Below, piece by piece: positions 13,078 through 23,773 of a stretch of 64,000 bases of DNA; the stretch's first letter is position 1, and every line of letters begins with the position of its first letter. Both the position numbers and the translations under genes were made by a program. The DNA is from Oikopleura dioica (Eukaryota; Animalia; Chordata): positions 9,424,001-9,488,000 of the forward strand of contig OU015566.1 in NCBI GenBank assembly GCA_907165135.1. The letters run 5' to 3'. The notes below the pieces were generated by a model. That model saw nothing but the letters and a program-made list of their open reading frames with translations. It was not told the origin of the DNA and ran no database searches.

Positions 13078-14866
13078 TCAAACATTTGTTTCTAAATACG
13101 ATTTCCTCATTAACAAAAACGTAAAACAATCTCTTTTTACGGAAAAAAATTTCATAATGAAGAACGCAAAAATAATCGGAATTGTTAAAAAAAAACGCAA
13201 AACGGTCAGAGTCGTAAATTTATCACCACAAAGCGGAAATCCATTCGGAAATTGACTCAGCTCGGACTCACGACAACTCAAATATTTGCGAATTCATTAT
13301 TTTATTGTTTCTTTTATAGCGCTGTGTTCAAAAGGAAACATTAATCTGTTTATAATAATTTTATTATTAATTCAAGCGCTTGAAATTTATACAAATTTAT
13401 TTGTTCTCTCCCCCCCAAAAAAAAAAGGTTCTAAGAGCAAAAATTTGAATTTGAAATCATCCTTTTTGTTCGCATAGACAGTTCTATATAAATCAGCTCA
13501 TCCGCCAAATCAAATTACCGCTTCCGGTCAAAGCGCTAGCAACTCAACCCTTTGATACATATTTTGATGCTCACCTGTTTACTCCTTCTTTTGTTCTTTC
13601 TACACTTCACGTGACGAGTCAGCGGGCTCTCTCAAAGTGGAGCTGTACTTTTGAAAAAATGTGTGTAAGCCAAAAATAATAAAAGGAAAATTTAGCGTGG
13701 GGTTTATCGCGCCCTAATGTGAGACGTTTTTTATTTCATTGCGCGTTGAGGATCTTCTGGGCCGCGCAACTCTGTCTCGGGTATCTTCGCACTGACACAG
13801 GGCGTCCCTTTATTATTTCTCGCTCTTTTACTCAGTGTTCAGTCGCGCTGTTAGTGCTACCGCGCAGCGCTGAGGGGCAACGCGCGCAACACCGTCGAGA
13901 TACCAGCGGCGCCCGTCGACCCTTACCAGCTGGCGCTAAAGAGACCAGCGATTCAACTCTAGCAATACTCAACCAGTATCTTAGGTTATTCTCCTAAGGA
14001 GGCTTCGTTCCGTCACTTTCTCGCTTCAAAAGATGCTAATTACATTGAGTCTATTTTTGATTTAAATCATATCTATATTAGGGATTATAAACATATAAAG
14101 AAGAATCGTTACCGTCTATATAATTATTATATCTCACAATTTGAAGGTTAACTGAGAAGAAGAAGCTATCAAAAGACCCTTTATTTTAGTCAATATTGAG
14201 TCAGATTTAACAGATCTTGCGATTGTCTTAAATCCGAGGATCAAGATAAACCCCTTTTACAAAGTACCTCTCCCCATGAAATTGAGCAAAAACAGTTGAG
14301 GATTAAGCTACTCGAGCATATTACTTGCAAATCAGAATCTCACGATGTTGTGAGCAAATTGATATGGTAGTTTTTGTGGTTCCTTGTGGATTTAAAACAA
14401 TGACGACATGGAAAAAGGCATGGGAATATTTCCAGGAAACATTTGATAATTATAGACACGGTATTTTAACATAGATGCGGGTAGAAGAATCTCATTCAGC
14501 TTCAACTAACAGAAGAACCTAGTTTATCTATACTTCCAAGCTGCATTAATTATGTTATTCATTTCCGAAACCGAAAGCGTGACATCAGAGAAGAATGTTT
14601 CTCACTAGAGACTTGAAAAGCGCCGCTGATTGTTTCACCGTCAGCGATAAGTCTGACGAGAATGACAAGTTGACTTCCGAATTCTTCTCCCGCACATCGG
14701 AAATGTAGCGATAACGCGTAAACACATTTTCAATAAATCAAGCTTCATCAAGAAGGAGTCGTCTGCGGTACTCTTCCTTGATATCAGAAGCTTTCAGTTT
14801 TTTGAATAATTTATTTTCAAAATTGACAGAATTGAAGAATTAAATAAATAAACAAAAGAAAAAATA

Positions 14867-16080
14867 CTATTTTTCATCGTTGTTTGCTTCAAGACTAAGT
14901 TTATTTTTTAATTTTTCTTCGTACATTTTCTTGTATTTTCTGTCAATATCCAATAAATTTGGATTCACGAATGATTCCTCCCTCGAAGCTTTTTGAGATT
15001 CTTCAACGTCTGAAAGCCAAAGTTGACAGAAAACCACCTCAAAGAAAGTCTTACCAGAAGATTTTTCACTCTTGAAATCAGGCAAAAACGTGAATTTACT
15101 CAAGTTTTCCTTCATCTCGTCAAGTTTTGCTTTGAGTTCCTCTTTCTTAACCAAAAGCCAGTACTTTTTAAATCTATAGTTTTCCGTTCGAACGTATTCA
15201 GCCATTTCCAAATCGTCGCACATCTGCGTCGCCAAAAGCCTAAATTCAAGGCAATCTTCGTTGAAGTAGTTTTTCTTTGAAAGCGCTGCGTTAGTGCTGA
15301 ATCCCCAAGTGTTGAAGATGCTAGGCATATCTGGATGCGGGAAAAGAAGGTACGGGCTGGAGTGGACTCATTAAATGATAAATTAGAAAAGAAAGGAGAA
15401 AATTGAGTCTTTGATCAATTTCGGAGCCCATTTTATCGGTCTTGTTATATCTGCGGAGACAGGTATGGAACTGATGCATAAACCAGTCGCACTCACGTCT
15501 GTTGATCGTCGTATTCTCGTTCCCGTATGTTTCAGATATATCGAACGTAGCTGTCCTTAATTAATGAATCTTAACTTAAAAATTAATTTCAGGAAGAAGG
15601 CTCACTTTCTTACGCCTTTACGTGGCTACTCAAAAGATCTTTTCAAACATTCAATAATCAAAAACAAGTAGCCATTCCTGTAATTTGTCCGAGAATATCA
15701 GGCGTAAAGAATTTCCCCGCATTTTGTAAGCCAGAGTAAAGACTTTCTCGATTCCAGCCCATCGCTGTTTTCCACCAGGACTCGTCGAACTTCGTTCCAC
15801 CGGTGGAGATAAATTGCTCTCGTTCTTTTTTGAGTTCGTCGAACTCATCTTTCCTAATAAGGAACTGTCTGTCTTCGGGAATGTAGTCTCTTGCTTGCTT
15901 GACGGTATACTCCGGGTCCGTTTTGGAAAGACGAATATGCGCTCGGCGCCGATTTTCCAGAGCTGCAAATTGCTCTCCTGCGCTGAGTTTTGTGAAATCT
16001 GCCGAGTCTAATTCTTGAAGCTGCTCTGTATGAATCCGTTTCTGAGCTTCTGTGAGCTCTTCACTAGCTGGATGGTTCAT
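14867..16080 (-). CDS. Uncharacterised multi-exon protein (contains a CX9C-like motif); exon junctions partly unresolved
   Basis: Long ORFs 15658-16080 and 14867-15328, intervening exon RRECDWFMHQFHTCLRR, and AG acceptor 3 nt before the ATG. Confidence 0.55.
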
Positions 16081-16341
16081 TTTCTAGGAGAAAATGAGTC
16101 AATTCAACTTTTTTAAGGAAGTTTTTTATTTAGAGAAGCTTGAAACTGACAGAAAATGGACATAAGAAAAGGAAATTATTGGTCAATGAAAAGTTCAGTG
16201 TAAGGTTCAGGAAGGGATAATTTGGTTCATATATTCATAATAAAAATAACACGCGGTTAGAAATTGAAATCAATAGGAAATATCGAGTAATACTCGATTC
16301 GAGTATGTAATAATTTGTCTTCGGCAGAAAGGAAAATAGGT

Positions 16342-16935
16342 TCAATAGTCCAGAAGAGCTCTCAGCTCACGGAACTCACTTCGATAGAGTTTTGAATGGA
16401 AAATCAGCTGCAGGGCGCTCATTATCGGCTGAAAATATTTTCAGTACTTTTAAGAGTACTTTCAAGTGCATACCCAAATAGTTCCGAGGGCGGCTGCATT
16501 CCAGGAGCAAAAGTGCCAGTCAGAAACACCTTCCAGGTGCGCCATCACGACAAATGCTATCAAGCAGCCGATAGAGCCTAGGAGAAGTAAATATCCAACG
16601 CCGACGAAGAGCCTAAAAGTTGTTTAGGTGGAAGACATATTGGATCCGCATACTTGAGTCCACGGAGCCAAGGTCGCCACAAATCTTGAATGTACATAAT
16701 GTGGCCAACAAGGTCCCATAACTGCCCGACACCGCCGATTCCGAAGCAAATCGGAAGCCCGACGCATGGATATGGATAATTATAGACTGAAGTAAAAGCT
16801 AGCATAAAGTCTCAGATGCAATTTCTTACTGCTAATGGAGAGCGCTACAACAAAACTGAGCAACAGAGCGATGGCCGACCAACCAAGGCGAATTCCAGTC
16901 AACGAGCGCGGAAGCTCTTCTAAACTCCGCGCCAT
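16342..16935 (-). CDS. SLC48A1: Heme transporter HRG1 (4 exons, 4 TM)
   Basis: Spliced product includes GGVGQLWDLVGHIMYIQDLWRPWLRGLKLFVGVG and HSKLYRSEFRELRALLDY*, matching HRG1 THVMYMQDYWRTWLKGL...YAHRYRADF as recalled. Confidence 0.9.
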
Positions 16936-16994
16936 TGAATCCGATCTCCGATCCCCGTTCTCGACTCTGAAAAGAGGAACATTTGAAGTAAAGC

Positions 16995-17906
16995 TCAGTT
17001 ATTATCATTTTTGCAGATGGAGACAACACGAGCGATTGTATCAGCTTGTGACTGATGAACAGTCCCAAGATGAAATATGGAGTTTTGGAAGATTGTTTTA
17101 GTACTGAAGCTTCCGTGAATGAAATCGACACCAAGATCTAGTATGGATTTTGCGTTTTGATCAGTTACTCCTCCTCCGATCATCAGTTTGATATTCAGCT
17201 TTTTACATTGCGTAGATAACTGACAAATGTTTTCTGTTATTGGGCTGATTTGAGTCTTATTTTCACTGTTATAGAAAAGTTTCCGACTGAGCCCATTACG
17301 AAAGCTAAACCTTTATCTTTACCAATAGAAGCTCTCCCAGACGTTAGCAAGTATGAGCAGCCAGAGATGGAAATTGCCCTGAGCTCATCCTCAATTGGTC
17401 CCATACTTACGTCAAATGCACGATGGAAAGTGAACGGCTTTTGAGAGGAATTCACAAGACTTGTTGCGTCGCGTTGACAAACTTTCAACAAGCCGGAATC
17501 TCTCCTGAGACAGCCGATTACAAAACCATCAGACCCAGCAGTTTCCAAAGACTTGATCTCCTCCTTCATAATGTCAATTTCACCCTAGGAGCACAAGTAA
17601 AAGAAGACACCCTTTACAGCTACGTTTCCATATCAAGAAAAAATACCTCTGTGTATTCGAAACCGCCAGTCCTACATCTTATCAAGCAATAAACTGTCAG
17701 ATCAGGGATATTCTGTTTTATCATCTTCAAGAGACCTATCGAAGGTGTTAGACCCCCAAGTTCTAACGCCGAGCAAAGTTCTATTCGATCAGCTCCAGCT
17801 GCAAATGCTGCTTGCGCACTAGCTCTATTTTATAGTCTTTCTTTAAAATCAGTTTTTTCTACCTTTCAAAGGTTTCAACGCAGATTTCTACACCACACAT
17901 TTTCAT
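16995..17906 (-). CDS. CUTC: Copper homeostasis protein CutC homolog
   Basis: VEICVETFE..AFAAGADRIELCSALELGGLTPSIG, CLIRCRTGGFEY, GSDGFVIGCL, TFHRAFD, LLTSG, MIGGGV. Confidence 0.95.
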
Positions 17907-18102
17907 TCTTGAACTTGTTTTCTACGTGGTGTAGATTATGTTTATTTATTCTTATTTTAAAAAGAAAGAAATGAGATTCGGTGATATGATTGTTGTGACT
18001 CACAACTTGTGAGTAGGAATTGTGAAAGTTGAAAAATAAGAGGAGGTAGTGCATTTTTAGTGTTGTGAAGGGCAGCGCTTTTTCATTTAAAATTCGGAAT
18101 GA

Positions 18103-21041
18103 TTAGAGTAAGTGCTCGATACGCTCAGATTTTTCAGCGAGAATTTTGCCGAGAATATTTTTGTAGTACTCGCGGAGCTTATCCGATGTTCGTTTCTGCT
18201 CGGCCATGACTTCTCGCTAGAGTTTTTGGTAATAAAGAGTAAGAGATTAAAAGTTACCTTGAGTCGATCGTTATGTTTCTCCTTTATCTTTTTGATTGCT
18301 TCGTTGCATTCTCCTTTGACTTTTGTGAGTGTTTCCGTGTATTTGAGCTTGACTGAATTGAACTGTGACTGTAACTTTGTGAATTCTTCGTGAGAGACGC
18401 CGCGCGGCGTCGAGGTTTGCGTTGTACTCAGCGATCGAGTCGATGGAGTCGGGCTGCTGCTTCGCGATGAATGCATCGAAACATGCCGAAGTTTGCTTTC
18501 CAAGCGGCGCTTTTCTTTGTTCCACTGCTCTTTTTCCCGAGAATAACGCTTCTTCAGCTCTTCATCAGTAACTGAAAGAACAGCTTGTTAGAACTATTTT
18601 AATTGACATATTCCTGCTCGTGCTTACCTTGAGACTGATCAACACCTTGAACACGCTTTAGCAATGCGGAATTCTCGAGCTCTACATTTTTCAGCGCCCT
18701 CTCTGTCTTTTCTAATTTCGCCCGAAGCTCTGAATTGGAAGTTGACAGATTTTCGCTTTGAAAAGTTGTTTGCTGTCTCGAGAGTTCAACGTAATCGTTC
18801 TTTATTTCGTCGAGCTTTTTGTGCAAATCTTTGATTTCCGCCAAGCGCTCGGACAGTTGCTCTTTCAATCCATTCACTTCCAAGTCTGAAATCGCAAAAG
18901 GTTGGAAACGATGAGTTTTCATTGAATCTTTACCTTTTGCTTTGTTGAATTCTTTAGTCAAGTTGTCGACTTGAAGAGACAGGGATTGTTGGTAATGAGT
19001 CTTTAAACTCTCTTCGAGTTTTGTAACGGCTTCTTCTTTCTCGCTTTCAAACGATATTTTCAGCTTCAAATAATTTTTATATCACAAATGAGATACCTTC
19101 GAAATGTACCTTTTGAGTATCAGCGTCAATTTTGGCCAACTCTTCCCTAGCTTTCAAGAGTTGATCCTCGAGAAGTCGTTTCTCCTTTACCGCTAGTTCA
19201 AGATCGCTTTTGGAATCTTGAAGTTGTAGTTTTGTGTCTGCCAGTTTGTTCTCTAACAAGTCGAAACGTTTCTGCAAGTCGCTGTTTTGATTTTTCGTCA
19301 AATTCAATTCCATTGTTTTGCGCATGTCAAGAGGTGTGCAGGCTCCATCAAAGGTGAATTCGGACTCTTCAAAGTCGATCTTCTTTGCGACTGTATCAAT
19401 AGGGACAGTAGCAGGCATGGTTTGTTGATGGTGCTGCGCTTGTCGAAGCTAAAAAATCTTGAAGAAAACGACGGTACAGTTAAATCCTACGAGAGTGTTG
19501 AGTCTGTTGATAGTTTCCCCATTTTCGACCATATCTCGTTTCCGGTTCTTTTCCACCTCTTCTGCGTGAGCTTCTGCACCTTTTCTAGCTCCCTCTTCTT
19601 TTGACAAGCTATCTTTAAGTTGCTTGATCTCATCAGCCATCTCGTCAACAAGTTCTTGCTGTTGGCGACGCATTTCGTCCACAATTCGTTCATGATTGTA
19701 TTTTGCCTAAAAAATGTAATTATTTAGTTACTCTTTTCTGACCTCACCCTAGGATCGACAAGTCCCACCCGACACCCGATCGAAAACCGACGTTTTTGTC
19801 GGGTTTTTGTTGGATTCTGCCGACCCTACAAAAACCTGACGCTGAAATTTTGGCGACCCTACAAAATCGGGTATTTATAGGGTCATTTATCGGATTTTTG
19901 TAGGGTATTTTCGTCGGGTTTCTCTTCGGATCTACTCATCAGTTTGATTAAAGACAGTACCCGAAATTCTGTTAGCCAAAAATTATGTCTATTTTCCCCC
20001 ATTTGGATTTATTTTACTTGATTCAACTTCAGTGTTGTGAAAACTCGACAAGAACCCGACAAAGACCCGACAAAAACCCGACAAAAACCCGAAAAATACC
20101 CTACAAAAACCCGAAAAATACCCTACGAAAATCCGATAAAAACCCGACAAAAACCCGACGAAAACCCGACAAAAACCCGATCGGAAAAATCAGACTTCGA
20201 GAAAATCCGACGAAAACCCGATCCGGATTTCGGGGCATTTGTCGATCCTAGACCTCACCTTTGAAAGCGCGTCATCAGAATGAGCTATTCTGAGCTCGTT
20301 CTCTAGCGATTGCAACTGCGCTTCTTGTGTAACTATTCGCTTCTGCATCTCCTCATTTTGCTGCCGTAGCTGATTGAGCTCGATTTCTCGCGCGTCGCAC
20401 TTCTTTGAAAATTCGTAGCTCGCGCGCTCAGAGGAGTCCAACTGCGATCGCAACGCAAGTAAATGCTCGTCTTTCTCACGAAGTTGCATCGTCGCCATCT
20501 GAGCATGGAAATAATAGATTTCGTTATGAAAGGAGAAAGCTTACGTCTTGATCGTGGATTTTTAACTTGTTGATCTCCTCAAGCTCTTGTTTTGTGAATG
20601 TAAGTTGATGATCTAAATCTTGAATTCTTCTCTGCGCTGCGGAGTACAGTTGTCTCAACTCGGCCAGCTCTCCGTTGCCTGCCGGCTGCCTCTCGTTTTG
20701 AAAGCTTTGGTCGCGTTGCGGACTCGGCACTGGTCTTGGAATACGCGAGTGATACGCAACTGGTGACGCTTCTGCGCTCTCGCCAAAACTACTCGTCAGA
20801 TTATGCGTTTCGTTTCTAGCGCCGTTGCCGCCTCGCATTCCTCGGTGATACTGAGACGGCTCGAAGTCTCAAAGAACAACTACTTTATCTATCTACGCAG
20901 CATTAATCTACCTTCATCATCTGAGCTCAGATCTGGAAGCTGATTAGCCACGGCTTCGTCTATTCTTTGCTGATCGAATTCGTCGTCGAACTCGCTCTCG
21001 TCCTCCTGCACATGCACATCATTCCCTCCAAAAAGGGACAT
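18103..21041 (-). CDS. CEP152: Centrosomal protein CEP152/Asterless-like coiled-coil protein
   Basis: Acidic N-terminus MSLFGGNDVHVQEDESEFDDEFDQQ..QLPDL, long coiled coils, C-terminal REVMAEQKRTSDKLREYYKNILGKIL (cf. CEP152 EVLRERQETARKMRKYY as recalled). Confidence 0.7.
19749..20251. mobile_element. MITE (hAT-like), CTAGG termini, 8-bp TSD, at 5' splice site of a CEP152 intron
   Basis: TIRs CTAGGATCGACAA / TTGTCGATCCTAG; TSD ACCTCACC at 19741-19748 and 20252-20259; internal AAAACCCGAC repeats in both orientations. Confidence 0.92.
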
Positions 21042-21355
21042 TCTACCAAGATGCAATTGAATAACTAGCGCATATATTTTTTGTTCGTTTCAATAAGTTA
21101 TCAATATATATTCTCAATAGAATAATTTGAACTAGTGCAGCATTTCAATCTGATGAGGCAGTTAATTTTTGATGAAATTCAGGCAAAACGGTGCTAAGGA
21201 GGGTAAAACGGGCCATAAATTATTATGGCAATACCCAAGTCAATCTATGTACAAGTTTCTGTGGCTCAAACAGGAGCAGAAATGGGCATAAAACGGTTCT
21301 AGGGGAGCGTGAGTGAAAAAAATGAGGCGAACGGGTCCTATGGCAGGACTTATGC

Positions 21356-21907
21356 CTAGAAAAGCAAGTCCACGGGGTAATCAGAGCTGGGGGTTGGGGA
21401 ACTCGAAGTCATCGGCAAGAAATTCCCAGACATCGTTTGGGAAGATGGAAGGGCTAAAAATAATAAAATATCATAAGATTTTTACATCTTACGGTTCGAT
21501 CCAAGAACTCTGACGGGACTCATCTTTGTCGTTGTTGTTTGCAGATTGCAGGATTTCCGCAGCAGAGCATTCCGCTTTGTCGAGGTCGGAGACGAGAGGA
21601 TTCTTATTTTCTTCGGATGGGGAAGGAATTTCGATGATCGCGGGGGCGTTCTCGTCCATTGTCTTTTTCATCGGCTTTCTTTTCCTGAAATTTGCATTTT
21701 GTAAACGTTTTTCTGAGAATTTTACGTTTTCATTTCGTTTTGACTCCCTTGATTCAACTTCATATTCTTCGCTGTTCTTCGCGTGAGCCGGAGCGGAGGA
21801 GCCGCCGGGTTCGGCAGGGCTGTCTTAGCTGTCTTTCGTGCTGGTCGGTTCTTGTCTTTCGGCGCCAATGTGGCCTTGGTCTTATTCTTTGCGGATCGTG
21901 TTTTCAT
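21356..21907 (-). CDS. Uncharacterised small basic/low-complexity protein (3 exons)
   Basis: TTTTAG|AATG start; MKTRSAKNKTK... joined by short introns to ..PSIFPNDVWEFLPM..DLLF*. Confidence 0.5.
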
Positions 21908-21945
21908 TCTAAAACTAATCATTGTAACTGTCTGTTCTTGAATTT

Positions 21946-22485
21946 TTAAAATTGATCAAGTTCATTTTCGATTTCATCTAACAGACGGTCGAAAATTTTA
22001 CAAGCTGGTTCATCAAATTGTGTTTTATCAGACTCAAGAATTCCTTCTTTTCCTTCACTGCCTCGTATCTTTCTCTTTATAAATTGTGTTACCCCAGCGA
22101 GATATTTCAAGTGCTCTGTAGAATTGGCTGCTATTATATTCTTATCTGACTCGGTAAATGTAGTCGAGAACTCGCCGAAGAGCAGCTTTTTGTTTTCTGA
22201 CAGCTCTCTATGTTTTTCTTCTCGAAAGACTTCGAGTTTCTTGGATATTTCCGAAGCATTAGCGATGTTCATTCTTTTCAGATCTTTTTCAGTCACGAAG
22301 GGTATTGTTTCGGCAGTGATCTCGTGATTTGTAAGGACGTCGAGAAGATCTTCTTCTTCAATCCCGATGAGCATTATTCGCAGTTCGCTGAACTCGTCTT
22401 GATTATCCTCAGGAAGTGGCGGAAGAAGTGATGCTTCTTTTGCCAAATCTGCTGGATCGAAAGGAAGACTAGACGTTTTTTTCAT
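21946..22485 (-). CDS. SAM-domain protein resembling the SAM/bZIP half of GASZ (ASZ1)
   Basis: ELRIMLIGIEEEDLLDVLTNHEITAETIPFVTEKDLKRMNI is SAM-like and is followed by a helix NSTEHLKYLAGVTQFI. Single exon. Confidence 0.5.
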   Translation of the reverse strand: MKKTSSLPFDPADLAKEASLLPPLPEDNQDEFSELRIMLIGIEEEDLLDVLTNHEITAETIPFVTEKDLKRMNIANASEISKKLEVFREEKHRELSENKKLLFGEFSTTFTESDKNIIAANSTEHLKYLAGVTQFIKRKIRGSEGKEGILESDKTQFDEPACKIFDRLLDEIENELDQF

Positions 22486-22660
22486 GTGCTAAAAATTAAT
22501 TTCATTGCGGATGGTGAAGAATAGGTAGAATACTGAACAATCTAGAACAGAAATGGGCCAGAATAATCAAAACAGTAGTTAAAATTGCACAAAACCATGA
22601 GACATGTTGAGTATAATGATAAAATTGATAAAGTGAAAGTAGGATTCAATTTGAAAAAAA

Positions 22661-23622
22661 CTAGAACAGAAGGTCGGGGTCGTGTTCTTCTTCGAGCAGA
22701 TTGTCAGCTTCCTTGAAGTTACCGAGCTCTTTCATGATCTGAAAAAGATATATAACAAATTGCTCCTTTGAAATTAGACTTACTCGAAGTTCTTCTTCTT
22801 GGGCTTCTTTGAGTTCCTTTTTCTTTCCCTGGACCTTTTTGAGTCGGTAGAACTCTTCTCTCTCACACTCATCGAGTTCAGAGATGATGTAGGCAATCTA
22901 AGATGTGATTACCGTGTTTGATCGGAGTTAGGACTTACAGTTCGTTCGTATTTTGGAATGATGACATGCTCAATTGCGTTGACGCGGCGGTTTGTCGCTT
23001 TGATCACTTCGTCGAGAGTAACGAAAGATGTTTGAAGACTACAAATATTAAAATTCATGTTTTATTTCTGTTTTCTTGCCTGGCAATGTCGACAAGCAAC
23101 TGAACAACGTCAGCGTAGGCCTTTTTAACATGATTGAATTTCTCTCCGCCTCGGCCAAGACCTGTGAGCTCGTAATTGTCCGTTCCATCACTGATACACT
23201 AAAAAGATTCTCAACAATTGAAAAACACTTTGTTTATCACCTCGAAAGCAGGCAAAGAAACGCCGGCGACATTTTCTTTTCTTGCTTTGAGTCTTCTCGA
23301 CGCGCGTGTTCCCACATTTTGCAAAATGTCGGAATTGAAGTCACCCGCCGCGAATTTGGCCTCGACAAATGCAAAGTTGGCTATTTTCATCACCTCGCCC
23401 ATCTTTTCTTTTTTTGTGATAATTTCCTAAAAATAGCAGCGTTGAATTGATCAATCGATTGATTGATGATTCAACCTTCATGATTTGCCGAAATTTGAGG
23501 GAAAGAGCATCCGCCTTTTTCTTTAGCAAGCTGTGGCCATTTTGAGCGCCCTTTAGCCTCGCTTTCATGATGGTAAGGTTCATCCGCGACGGAAAGATAT
23601 TGACCTTATCTTTTCCCGACAT
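22661..23622 (-). CDS. ATP6V1D: V-type ATPase subunit D
   Basis: MSGKDKVNIFPSRMNLTIMKARLKGAQNGHSLLKKKADAL.., ENVAGVSLPAF, TNRRVNAIEHVIIP, ..EEHDPDLLF*. Confidence 0.97.
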
Positions 23623-23773
23623 TTTTGTATCTCTAAATGGTTCTATTGAGACTTATGCTTGAATAAAAGACGCGAGGGAAGCATTTTTTCAGTTATTTTA
23701 TTTTGTGAAGTACTGAAGGTGAACGACATTGAAATTTAACATTGAAATTTTACAGTATCAACAGAATGATAAG

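Noticed and set aside
13515-13530. CCGGAAG ETS site upstream of the Ets gene (autoregulation)
   Set aside because: A single short motif is insufficient evidence.
19985-20264. Repetitive ORFs (KNPTKTR...) and array-like repeats
   Set aside because: They are translations of MITE subterminal repeats. There are no unique spacers, so this is not CRISPR and not a gene.
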